From Podarcis vaucheri (Eukaryota), in the NCBI GenBank assembly GCA_965113315.1, contig OZ220370.1: a stretch of DNA of 64,000 nucleotides. The stretch is one strand, 5' to 3'. The number at the start of each line of letters is the position of its first letter. Position 1 is the stretch's first letter. Of this stretch, positions 1 to 10,736 are shown piece after piece. The notes beneath the pieces are model-generated. The model was given only the letters and a program-made list of their open reading frames with translations. It was not told the origin of the DNA and made no database searches. The position numbers and the translations under genes were made by a program.

Positions 1-1600
1 ATTGCTACAACAAGGAACTTGGCTATATTTTCCTCTCTTCTTAGGGTTGGAGTCTACCATTAAAACCGAAATACAGAATTCCTCTGCATTTCCCAAATGT
101 AGAGAAAGTGTTGGTGAGATAAACTGGGATCTCATATCCCTATAAAATGCAGTATAGGAGAACATGAGCAGATGTTTCGACTGAACCATTTTTGCAAGGG
201 CAAACTCTCAAGTGCCAAAGCAGCCTTGTAAGCTGACTTATACAAAGTCAGAGATATAACTGTTGATGCCAAAACACCCAACCTAGCCATTGGAAATCAC
301 CTTTTGTATCTAGGGGTATTTAATATTTAAATACCAAGCAAGTTGATAATTACTACTAGGTTGCAGACTAAGGTAAAGTGGTATGCAAACTCCTTTTGTC
401 AGGGCTAATGAATTTTGCAAGTTAAGATCTTGAAGTCTGTGTTAACCCAAGTGGCAGCAGATGGGGTAGTGAATAGGCAGCAGTGTTAACACAATTGTTG
501 TTGTTGTTAGCCAAAAACAGAAGTGTTTATCAAGAAAGCCAGGGATAGGTAGCCCAAACCTGCTGAGGTCAAGATAAATATAGGCAAAGCTAGGAACTGA
601 TTGCTATTGTTTTCTAAGAACAAATACCTGCTTCGGTTGTAAGACTACATTGGAGACACATCTTGAAACACAGAAAAGTATTTCTTGGTTTCTCAAAGAA
701 GTGGTTTGTGTTGTCTAAGGATTCATTAATCCCCAGCATTCAATCTTGAACTCCATACATAATCTTGGTATACACTTTGGCTTTGTACACCTTCAAAACT
801 GAAGCTGTATGACGACTGCCTTTTGTATAGTACAACCTCAGTAGTGCAGCAAGACTATTCAGTGCAGACAATACAGTGTTTTGTATCTGATGCGACTGGG
901 ACACAATGGACCAAAAAGTAATTCCAGTATTTAAAACTATTGACTTGCACTATTACGTGCTCACTGATGGCTCATTTATATTTTTCTTTGGAAAAATTAT
1001 CACTTTTTGTTTTATCATAGTTGACTGCCAACTGTTCTGTCTTGCAGTAGCTAGAGAATTTAGACTTCAGTCTTTTCAGATTCACCTAAAGTTGTGAAGG
1101 GTAGTACAGCATGATCTGTATATGAATGAACGAATCTTTATTTGCATCAGCCATTGGCCATCACAACAAAACAACAATACTCTATACATAGAATAGAAAT
1201 AAAAAGTCAATTATATCAAATACATTCTAGGGTTTTGAATCAGTAGTCAAATAGTGGATCTTATTCCAATTGCCCCAGCTAAAAACCTTGTAACCTTTGC
1301 TGTCGCCTGCTCATCTTGATCTGCCAAGAGAAAACACACTGTGGCAGTGGCTGGGTGATCCAGAATGGACAATAAAAGAGGGGTGATAACCTCATCTCTC
1401 AAGTCTTCATAAAGAGTGCAAGCCAGAAGGGCATGCACCACCGATTCAGTACTGCCATCTCCGCAGGGACATGATCTGTATATAGAACCAATGACATTTC
1501 TGTACCAGTCAATATAGGCAAGTGGTACACTTGAGCATATAGTTCAGGAAAGAGATCATTCAAATAAATATTAAAAAACAAAGGGGCTAGAAAACATCTC
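1..1600 (-). mobile_element. Degenerate non-LTR retrotransposon (RTE-X-like LINE) ORF2 3' part
   Basis: Minus-strand translation gives RT motifs in order: FNIYLNDL (~1555-1580), LYTDH/AVL (YADD equivalent, split by a nested insertion), VNYDKTK (~1005-1025), QVNSFKY (~927-947). A C-terminal RVCPCKNGSVETSAHVLLYC motif follows at ~145-210. Frameshifts and stops are present; the 3' end may run off the window. Confidence 0.7.
1124..1469 (-). mobile_element. 5'-truncated LINE 3' end (RTE-X-like) nested in the older LINE
   Basis: 14-bp TSD CATGATCTGTATAT at 1110-1123 and 1470-1483. Encodes PCGDGSTESVVHALLACTLYEDLR on the minus strand and has a (TTCA)n-type tail at ~1124-1134. Confidence 0.8.
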
Positions 1601-1614
1601 TGTTACCCCACATG

Positions 1615-1751
1615 CAGACCCTCCAAGTTTCCCTATTTTCCAGGAACAGCCCTGATTTAGAGAAACCGTCCCGGTTTCTGATTTGATCCCAGAATGTCCC
1701 ACTTTTCCTTGGGATGACCCGACTTTCATTGGAGAAATGTTGGCGGGTATA
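1615..1751. mobile_element. Short MITE (hAT-like non-autonomous DNA transposon)
   Basis: Imperfect terminal inverted repeats CAGACCCTCCAA...TTGGCGGGTATA, flanked on both sides by CACATG. Confidence 0.5.
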
Positions 1752-1847
1752 CACATGCCGTTAAAATGGGGTTCCTAACATCACCCTTGGAATTACATCT
1801 AACCTGCACTTTCGAACTGCTGTATAGCTGCCTTTTTTATTATTATT

Positions 1848-1867
1848 CAGCCACATGGTGGCAGCAG
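1848..1867 (+). promoter_or_regulatory. CSE/CTCF-like promoter motif, gene A1
   Basis: CAGCCACATGGTGGCAGCAG, core ~262 bp upstream of ATG 2113. Matches the CTCF core CCACnAGGTGGCAG and is positionally conserved before all 11 genes. Confidence 0.75.
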
Positions 1868-2112
1868 AGGCATATGCATTGATTGGAACTCAGGATTTTG
1901 TTTTGTGAAAAATCCCTCCGGAAGATCACAGGAATATTTGAAACAAGAAGACAGCTAAGAAGACGGTCTGTGAGAAAATATATAATATTCAGTACAGCAA
2001 AGCCATCAGGACTGCAGCACCAAATTTACTTCCCCAACAGCAGAGATGGTCACTGGATGAGAGTCAGAAAGTGAATATATTGGCCAGAAATTGAAGAGGC
2101 AAACCTTGAACC

Positions 2113-4638
2113 ATGGGAGACTGCTTCAGGAGAAAACAAGGTCTGTATCTTTTCCTTTTCCTTTGTCTTCCTGGAGCATTGTATGTTTCAAGCCATTATT
2201 CTGTGCCTGAAGAAAAGAAAACTGGGTCTTTGGTGGCTAATGTGCTGCAGGATTTGAAATTGGGAACAGGGGAGCTCTCTGCTCGCAGAGCCCAGCTAGT
2301 GTCCAAAAGCGCTAAGCAATATTTCCACCTTGATACCCACTTTGGGAATCTGCTGATAAGCGAAAAAATAGACCGAGAAGCTTTATGTGGCCAGACTGAT
2401 CCTTGCTTATTTCTCTCACAAATTGTGCTGGAAAACCCATTAGAGCTCCACAGTATTGTAGTCAAGATAGAAGATGTGAATGACAATGTTCCCAAATTCT
2501 CAACAAAGGAATTTGATCTGGAAATTCCTGAAAATGTCTCTCCAAATACACATTTCCCACTGGAATCTGCCCAAGATGAGGACCTAGGGAGAAATAGCAT
2601 CCAAAATTACACTCTCAGTCCCAATGAACATTTCCGCCTCGATGTTAAAAGTGATGAGGATGGAAACACGCATGTGGATCTTGTCCTGGAGAAGCCACTG
2701 GACAGGGAGAAGGACTCACACTTTGGACTGACTCTCATGGCTGTGGATGGAGGGGAGCCACAGAGAACAGGCACAGTTCAAATAAATATTGATGTTCTTG
2801 ACATCAATGATAATTCCCCACAGTTTACTCATTCTGAATATAAAGTAAAGTTAAAGGAAAACAGCCCACAGGGCACTCTGGTCTCAAAAGTGGAAGCTAC
2901 AGATTTGGATTTTGGTTCAAATGCACAGATCACCTACTCATTCCACCGGATGCCTGAAAAAATAAACAATTTGTTCCACCTAAATGAAGTCACTGGGGAA
3001 ATCACTCTTTTAGGACAAGTTGATTTTGAAAAAGAAACCAGGTATGACATGAAAATTAGAGCAACAGATGGAGGGGGTCTTTCAGGGCACTGCAAGGTTT
3101 TGGTAGAGATTGAGGATGTGAATGACAATGCACCAGAAGTGTCGGTCATATCCATCACTAGTCCTTTGGCAGAGGATTCTCCCCTGGAGACACTTGTGGC
3201 TCTCTTCACTGTCACAGATCGAGACTCCGGAGACAATGGCAGAACCATGTGCTCTGTGGAGACAAACCTTCCCTTTGTCTTAAAACCCACAATGGATAAC
3301 TATTACCAGCTTGTGGTCCAAAGTCCCTTGGACAGAGAGAAAGTCTCAGAGTATAATATCACCATCACAGCCGTAGACCGAGGCTCCCCCAGGCTCACTT
3401 CAACAAGAATTATTAATGTTCAGATCTCAGATGTCAACGACAACCCTCCAGTATTTGAAAAATCTTCATGTGAAATGCAGATACGGGAAAACAATATTCC
3501 AGGACTGCTCATTGGCTCAGTCCATGCTGCTGATCTGGACACCGAGAAGAATGCCAAGGTCACCTACTCCCTTTTGCCTGGGAAGGTCACTGATGGCCTT
3601 GTGGCCTCTTACATCTCGGTCAACTCTGAAAGCGGAAATCTGTATGCCCTCCGATCTCTGGATTATGAGCAGATCAAAGATTTCAAAGTGACGGTGAGGG
3701 CTACAGATGGAGGGTCTCCTTCCCTCAGCTCAGAAGTTACTGTCCGAGTCGTAATCCTAGACGAAAACGACAACGCTCCCTTCTTCCTCTACCCTCTTCA
3801 GAACAGCACATCCCCCTGCAATGAGCTGGTGCCCAAGTCGGTGGAGGCCGGCTACCTGGTCACCAAGGTGGTGGCTGTGGATGGAGATTCTGGCCAGAAC
3901 TCGTGGCTTTCCTATGAGCTGCTGAAGGCCACAGACCCTGGTCTTTTCAGCATAGGAGCCCAGAATGGGGAAGTGAGAACCAGGAGAGCCCTGAGCGAGC
4001 GAGACACCAGCAAGCAGAGACTCCTGATAGTGGTCAGGGACAACGGGCTCCCTCCCCAGAGCAGCACTGCCATGCTCCATGTCCTTCCCGTGGGTGGCTT
4101 TTCGGATCCTTATATGAAGGCTGTGGAGGTCAGGAAAGAGGAGCACAAAGAAGATGGGACCTTGACCTTGTACTTGGTGATCTGCCTGGCTGCAGTCTCC
4201 TTTGTGTTCCTCGTTTGCATTGTTTCCTTTGCTGCCATCAAGATCTGCAGGAGGGATCCCAGGGAAAGTTTTATCGCTGCCCCTCCTCACTTCCCACCTG
4301 CCAGACCCGACATCCCAGAGAACGGTGGCGATTCTCAGAGCGGGTCTCTTTCCAGGAGTTACCACTACGATGTTTGCTTAACCGGTGGGTCCTTGAGCAG
4401 CGAGTTCAGATTCCTCAGGCCCCTCATTCCTGTTTTTTCTGTGGGAGACCCAAACCTCAGTGTGAACCAGACCCCTCCGTCTGCTTCCCAAGATATTCCT
4501 GATAATTTGGAGAGCAGGAAGCCAATGGAACAGGTGAGAGAGATTAGTGTTTTTAATACAAATATACTCAATGCACTAGAAAAAATTGAAATCGTCTTTT
4601 CATTTACAGTATCTCCATATTATTCTGTGTTGAAATGA
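2113..4638 (+). CDS. PCDHB: Clustered protocadherin beta-like, subfamily A (A1)
   Basis: Signal peptide, six cadherin repeats (DRE, DxNDNxP, AxDxG), a TM helix and beta-type motifs [32 protein letters not shown]. Donor CAG|GTGAGA after 4533, so the ORF past 4533 is probably intron read-through. Confidence 0.95.
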   Translation: MGDCFRRKQGLYLFLFLCLPGALYVSSHYSVPEEKKTGSLVANVLQDLKLGTGELSARRAQLVSKSAKQYFHLDTHFGNLLISEKIDREALCGQTDPCLFLSQIVLENPLELHSIVVKIEDVNDNVPKFSTKEFDLEIPENVSPNTHFPLESAQDEDLGRNSIQNYTLSPNEHFRLDVKSDEDGNTHVDLVLEKPLDREKDSHFGLTLMAVDGGEPQRTGTVQINIDVLDINDNSPQFTHSEYKVKLKENSPQGTLVSKVEATDLDFGSNAQITYSFHRMPEKINNLFHLNEVTGEITLLGQVDFEKETRYDMKIRATDGGGLSGHCKVLVEIEDVNDNAPEVSVISITSPLAEDSPLETLVALFTVTDRDSGDNGRTMCSVETNLPFVLKPTMDNYYQLVVQSPLDREKVSEYNITITAVDRGSPRLTSTRIINVQISDVNDNPPVFEKSSCEMQIRENNIPGLLIGSVHAADLDTEKNAKVTYSLLPGKVTDGLVASYISVNSESGNLYALRSLDYEQIKDFKVTVRATDGGSPSLSSEVTVRVVILDENDNAPFFLYPLQNSTSPCNELVPKSVEAGYLVTKVVAVDGDSGQNSWLSYELLKATDPGLFSIGAQNGEVRTRRALSERDTSKQRLLIVVRDNGLPPQSSTAMLHVLPVGGFSDPYMKAVEVRKEEHKEDGTLTLYLVICLAAVSFVFLVCIVSFAAIKICRRDPRESFIAAPPHFPPARPDIPENGGDSQSGSLSRSYHYDVCLTGGSLSSEFRFLRPLIPVFSVGDPNLSVNQTPPSASQDIPDNLESRKPMEQVREISVFNTNILNALEKIEIVFSFTVSPYYSVLK

Positions 4639-5106
4639 TTCATAGTAGCTTGACTGAAAATTGGATTTGGAGATTTGTGAAGAAAAAAAATTCTCTCAGC
4701 ACCTGCCATCTTTCTAGCTGGTTCACTTCTTCCATTCCCTACGTCCTCTTTCTTCCACCCATCACTTATTCAAGACAATTCTTTCGCATGTATCGTTGAG
4801 CTTTTATGTGAGCCTTTTTGCACATAACTGTTAGTTTACATAGATGCATGTATGAAACTTTATTAGACCAGAGTTCCCAGATACCTATACACAATGTTTA
4901 GACATGCTGTTACATTAAGGGAGATATATAATCCACACTTTTATTGCAGCTGTCATACTTGATGCATATGTAGTGGAACCATTCTAAGCTTTCAGTTGTA
5001 TATTCTTTGAATCTTATGAATCTTTCCTGTCACTAATATGTGTGAGCACCTATTTGGTTTCATTTGAGCAAGAGGACTCTGACCGAAGCGATTGTAAGCC
5101 ACAAGG

Positions 5107-5297
5107 AAACATAGGAACATATTGACTCAGACTACTGGTCCATACAGCTCAGTATTGTCTACAGGCTACAATGACTGACAGTCAGTTTTCAAGGCAGGGG
5201 TTTCTTCTCACCCTGCCTGGAGATGCCAGTGTAGATTTAACCAGGGACCTTCTGTCTACAAAGCAAGTGTTCTACCACTGAACTACAGCCCTTCCCC
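5107..5297 (-). mobile_element. Degenerate tRNA-derived SINE
   Basis: Reverse complement GGGAAGGGCTGTAGTTCAGTGGTAGAACAC...GGTTAAAT has A/B-box-like tRNA structure. Related copies lie at ~18240-18345 and ~29830-30010. Confidence 0.55.
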
Positions 5298-6877
5298 AAG
5301 ATTTTCAGCCGGGTTTCTACCAGTCTCTCCTTTGTTTCCCCGGTAACTGCAGCACTGCCTGCACTGAACCCTCTAAAGATGTGAAAGAATTAGATAAAAT
5401 ATTGCTGTCTCCAAAGAATCACTTCCACAAAATAGGCTGACATCCCTCCAGTCCCCCCCCCCAGGAAAACTGCACAATCCTTGCTCTCCAAGTAAAGTAC
5501 TCTGAAACAAAGATTATCAGGAATGCAGACGAGTACTTGGGCAGTACAGCTGCACAAGACAGCAAAATCTAAACGAAAATTCTAGGCTGTGCTTGATCCC
5601 TAATATGAAGAGTCAAATATGATTGAATAATCTCACCTGCTCACCCACTCCCATCTCGGTGGTCTCTGGTCCTTTCTTGGAAAATATGGAAATGTCTGCT
5701 GCCACAGACGTTATAAGAGGTATGATGATGAAATGCATATCTCCATGAGTTCAGAGCTACATAAACTTGGAAGTCTCTCTCTAAAACATCAGCAGACATG
5801 ACACATTCATCTGACACGCAGGCAAAAGCAAATGAAAGCTTATTTATTCAATAATCACTCCAACCCACTGCAAACCATTCCTCTGGGTTCACTCTACATT
5901 TGGAGGATGGAATGGGATCATGTTACTGGTCGTGACACTGACATCACTGTGTGCTTCTGGTCCATCTGCATCTTCTCCAGCCACAGTGCTGAAGGTCTGA
6001 AAATGGGCACCTGCACGTGGAATGGTGTGCGTGCTTAGGTGCTCCACATGACTTCAGATTTTGCTAGTGCAGGGTTCCTAATCATATGGGGTACCTAGAT
6101 GTGTCCTGCTGTGTAGCTCTGCTGGCTCCACCTCTTGACATCTTTCAAAGGATAGATGGGGAAATATCTTTGACTCATGATTTTTTTCAAATCATCAGTA
6201 GGAATCTGCACAAACTTGTACTTTCCCAGTCTTATTTGAGAAGTGGGCTTTTGGGAGGCCTCTTATTTTGCTTTATTTTTTCCATTTATTGTTATTTTTG
6301 AAATAATAATTGCAGCTGTAGATAAGGAGCCACGTTTTATGGTGTTTTTATTTAGCTTTCCAGCAGTTTTATTTGGCTGTTGCTTTCTCGTATGCAATCA
6401 TATTTATTTTTTCCTGATTGCCTCTTATGTAGACTGCTTAGAGGTGTCTTTTTATATTAAGCAGTGCCATTTTTAATCAATAAACAAACGAGTAAAAATA
6501 ATGATAAGTAATTCCCAGGGGTGTTCTTGAGGGAATGCATAGCTGACCCCCATATTTCCCCCACGATGGGAATGATGTAGTGTGATTCCGAGGTGCATTC
6601 TGTCCCAGGAAAGAAGCCAAGCTCCAATTTGAAGCAGCAGTGAGCCCTCTTTGTTTTTGTGAAACAAAGTCAGACAGACAGACAAACTCTTATTCACCTT
6701 AAAAATGTAAGAAGCCCTCCATCATTGCTGAATATCTGCCTCCCCCCCCCCCCCGATTAATGGTGAAAATGTGTGGAGAGTGATAATCTAGATTTATTTA
6801 TTTTTTTAAAAAAAAAAACTTCTCTGCATATTGTCTGGTGAGAACAGACTAAATAATGGAGTTTCACAGGTGGTGAG

Positions 6878-7135
6878 TGTTATGTACTGAAGTTCTCACC
6901 CTGGGCCAGCAGGGGGATACTGTAGATAGTTCAGGTCCACATATGCAAATAAGGGATCGAAAGTGACGTTCAGTGATTGGATAGTTACAGAAAATGGTTA
7001 CTGTTGCGTTCTAGTGGAGCTCTATATAAGCAGGCTGGCTGAAACTTTCAGTTCAGTTCTGTTCTGGACTGTGAATAAACAAGAGCTGTTTGAAGAATCG
7101 CTGTGTCGTCTGATATGTTCACCCACAACTTAACA
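6878..7135 (+). mobile_element. Solo LTR (258 bp)
   Basis: TGTTA...TAACA termini, 5-bp TSD GTGAG (6873-6877 and 7136-7140), TATATAA at 7023-7029, AATAAA at 7074-7079. Confidence 0.85.
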
Positions 7136-7837
7136 GTGAGAGACTCACCACAGGGAATGGCTGAGACTGTGTCACGTGCAATTGTGCCCCCTGAATGAAG
7201 AGAGCAAGACAGGCACCTGACGAGGCAGGTGGTGGAAGCCTTCCTTCTGATAACCTAGGAGTTTAATGGTTAATACCAATTCTATGAAATGAATGGAGAG
7301 AAAAACGAGCTCCTAAAGGGCAGGGATGATCACTATTCCACATTGTTATTATTCTACAGTCACAAAATAAGAAGAAAATATGAAAGATGTTCTTGTATCT
7401 CTTTTACCTTTCTGCAAAAACACAACATCAAGTAAAGAACAAATGAATATATTTTCAAAAAAAATCAAATAAACAAAAAATCCTTTTCATATTGTGTATA
7501 TTTTGTTTTTCTGCAATTATTACTCCAGTGATCAGTGAAAAAACAACAACAAACCAACATTTATTTATTTTTTAAGATTACTTTGTTTGCTCAGGATATG
7601 CGTCTCTACAAAGATCTAAAATTTATTTTGATGTTCAGGGATGGAGATGCCAGGACTTGCTTCTGAAATGTGAGCGGCTGATGGGTGTTTAGTGATTGTG
7701 AGAAGGTTACACTTTCACAACAGAGTCCACTTTCACAACAGATTTTAAAGATCAGAAGCAGAAGCTTTTTAGATTTGGTTGGAAAGGACAACTGCAATGT
7801 CCTTTGCTTTTCAACTACAGCTTGAAGGAAAGCCTGC

Positions 7838-8744
7838 TATAGTGGATCGCACCAGTGCCACCAAAATGTAGCAGATCCCACTGCTGTATACTAATTATGT
7901 AACGGATCCCACCACTGTATAACAATTGTGGCGGATCCCACTTACATACCCACTCTATAATATATATATTTTCAACCACCACAGGTGATCTTTTTGTGAG
8001 AGGGGGAAATTAGATACTTGGAGACTCAGGCAGAAGTTGAACAAATGAGAAATATTTAACAGAACAAAGTGACTAAAGCAAAGGATGTATCAGCAGATAA
8101 TGTTCTTTCAGTAAACATTCAACCTGTTAATAATAATACTCAATCTAATGGAGGTTACAGGTGTCCAACAAAGCACAACTTCTTTTAAACTTCAGTTGCT
8201 TGCATTCCATTATTATGTTTGAGGTAGGTGTTGTAGGTTTCTAGACTAAATGGTAAATGCTCAGCTTACTTTGAGTTATATAACTTCAGTTTCTTAACTT
8301 AGTTGTTGCATGGGTGTTACAGCTTAATATTTTGGTTCTTAAACAAGGTGGTACTTTCTGTCAGTCTTCCAACATTTTATCAATCACACTCCTGAAATAC
8401 TTCTAGCAGTAAACAGACGCAGGGGATCACTACACCCCTCTTAACTGGCTTGGGATTCTTTTCTATCTAGAAGATCACTCTCCTCCTGAGTGAAATGAGA
8501 CCCAAGTAGTCCATATCTTCCTCACAGCTTCTACTTCTCCTGGCTCAAACTCAGCCCTCCAGTAAGCTCCTCTTAAACCAACTCTCCATCTCCATCTAAC
8601 CACTCCCTCAGAAACGGGTCCTTTTATTCTCCACCCCCTCTGGCTTGCTGTCATGGTAGCCAATCAGAGAGAGGCTCCAGCTCTCTGGTGGAATTCTGAG
8701 GTACTGCACCACCAGACTCTGGTCTGGCTCTGCTGTCCATCACA
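7838..8744 (-). mobile_element. Solo LTR-like element (~907 bp) with tandemly repeated terminus
   Basis: 5-bp TSD CCTGC (7833-7837 and 8745-8749). Termini TATAGTGGA...TCCATCACA are imperfectly inverted. CCAAT at ~8660 and a minus-strand ATAAAA at ~8622-8627. Four ~30-bp repeats at 7838, 7867, 7898 and 7927. Confidence 0.65.
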
Positions 8745-9691
8745 CCTGCCTTTGCTCTGAGCCATCTGCAGATGCTAGAGAACCCAGAAGAAGGGAAAGT
8801 ATTTGTGGCAACTGCTCTTAAAAGGTATCTAGTATGCCAAGCCAGTAGCTGTAGGTATCGTTTTTGATGGTGACTAAAATATTGCTTCCCAGGAACAGCT
8901 CGTGTCTAAAATAGATAGGGAGGAGAATGCTCCTGGCCACAGTTGTCTCCTGAGAACCAAGCAGGCTGGCTAGTGATGATAGGAGTTGTTGTCCAACAGA
9001 TCTGGAGGGTATCAGTTTGGCAAAGTGTGTCAGGATCTCCCAGAGGAAGCTGGGAGCTACAGAATGCATGAACTCCTTGGTTGGCTTCAAAGCTGCAACT
9101 GAACTGCCCAAAGGGCCACTTGTCATTCTTGAGCTGCAGTTTGGCCACCCTTGTAGTAGGAAAACATGAAGCGACTCTACCCACATTCTGCCACCTTCAG
9201 CAAACACAACATTTTGCTGGTTATCTTTAAATTTCTTATGGAGCATCAAGCATAAAGATTTGTATATTTTCCCCTGTTTCTGAAGTTCAGGTGAGAGTGC
9301 CAATCAAAATGTAGCCAAGGCAGCACTTTCCACAAAGAAGAGGGGAGTCTGTGCACCCAGGGGATCCATGTGGTAAGCAGAAGGTTTTTAAAAAGAGAGA
9401 GAAATGGGGGAGGGGGAGTTTCCCCACCCTCCCCCAGTAAAACTGTCCATGAGTACAGTGCATGCCCTCAGTTGTTGCCATACCAGAGCTTGCACAGTAT
9501 ATTTCAAAAAGCCACAGCACAGGCGTCTGTCTGGGAAGTGAGCAGTGGAACCCTGAGGAGCCAGGGGGGGGGGCAATGATATTAGGAAACAGGGGGTGGG
9601 AAGCCAATGAGCACCCAGGAGAGGTGATGCAGCCGGAAGAAGCTACCAAGAGGTAGGAGAGAAGGAAGAGAAGATGAAGATGGTGATGATG

Positions 9692-9936
9692 ATGAAGAAG
9701 AAGAGTTTGGACTTGATATCCCACCTTTCACTCCCCTTAAGGTGTCTCAAAGCAGCTAACAATCTCCTTTTCCCTTCCTCCCCCACAACAAACACTCTGT
9801 GAGGTGAGTGAGGCTGAGAGACTTCAGATAAGTATGACTAGCCCAAGGTCACCCAGCAGCTGCATGTGGAGGAGCGGGGAAGCGAACCCGGTTCACCAGA
9901 TTACGAGTCCACTGCTCTTAACCACTACACCACGCA
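9692..9936 (-). mobile_element. tRNA-derived SINE
   Basis: Minus strand starts GCGTGGTGTAGTGGTTAAGAGCAGTGGACTCGTAATCTGGTGAACCGGGTTCG (Pol III A and B boxes) and ends in a (CTT/CAT)n tail. Confidence 0.75.
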
Positions 9937-10230
9937 GGGTCCCTGTCGATGCAGGAATGACAACAGTTGCCAGGCAGGAGAAGGTGAAAAGTGAACCAGA
10001 AAGTGGATATGGTAGCTGAGGTGTGGCAGGACATGCTCCACAGCCAACTGAAGAAAAGAAATGGGAGACATAGAAGTGGGTGTGGAGGACTGAGCCAGAG
10101 GAGGGAGGAAAAAGACAGCCAGGGAAAGAAAAAATATTTGCTGGAGGCCCAACTTGTATGAATCACATTATGAAAATGCGCCTCCTCTCTGAACAACTGT
10201 ACAGATACCTGCAGCTGAGGATTATACTTC

Positions 10231-10312
10231 ATGCATCTAATGAAGAAGACTTTAGTCCACAAGGACTCATGACATAATAAAACTTGTTAGTGTTTAAGGT
10301 GCCACAAGACTC
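10231..10312 (+). mobile_element. Degenerate Penelope-like pLTR fragment with decayed hammerhead motif
   Basis: ATGCATCTAATGAAG...TCCACAAGGACTCATG...AATAAAACTTGTTAGTGTTTAAGGTGCCAC resembles the intact pLTR at 32284-32355; both core boxes are mutated. Confidence 0.55.
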
Positions 10313-10442
10313 AGCAGCAGGAAAAGTGACAATCATTAATGAGTACCTCAATGGATTTTGATAAGTCAATGATAATACGCAAGAAATATATTAAGCATTG
10401 CAAACCTACAGAACCATTTATGTGAGATGTATCATACTTCAA

Positions 10443-10465
10443 GCACAAGGTGGTGCTATTACACA
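10443..10465 (+). promoter_or_regulatory. CSE/CTCF-like promoter motif, gene B1
   Basis: GCACAAGGTGGTGCTATTACACA, ~294 bp upstream of ATG 10737. Confidence 0.7.
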
Positions 10466-10736
10466 ACACAAAAGAAATAGTCAAGGACCAGAAACTGTTC
10501 TCCAGAAGGCCTGTGTCCGCGAGACAAAGGAATCTCAAGGAGAAAGACAGCACACAATCTTCGTTACAAGCAAATATTTAGAAATTGTGGGTGGAAAAGG
10601 GACCACAACCATTTTTAGATTTAAATACAGGATAAAGGATTTGTCTTGCAAACATACACTGGACAATCAACTGTGGCAGTTGTGTTAGAAAGAATTACCC
10701 TGCATTTCAGATCTGACTGGAGGTGAGGCTGGGGGA

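Noticed and set aside
3757-4365. 202-aa antisense ORF recurring in all A genes (also 16696, 28401, 36225, 44539, 54938), and shorter equivalents in B genes
   Set aside because: Shadow frame of GC-rich Pcdh coding sequence with a GTG start. Its recurrence is explained by gene conversion of the sense exon, and it has no recognisable domain.
7838-7945. Regularly spaced ~30-bp repeats as a CRISPR-like array
   Set aside because: Eukaryotic context, degenerate repeats, no unique spacers of suitable length and no cas genes; the repeats lie within an LTR.
9880-9936. tRNA-like sequences (also ~5230-5297, ~48760-48835, ~56600-56682)
   Set aside because: They are SINE heads attached to SINE bodies and tails, not tRNA genes.
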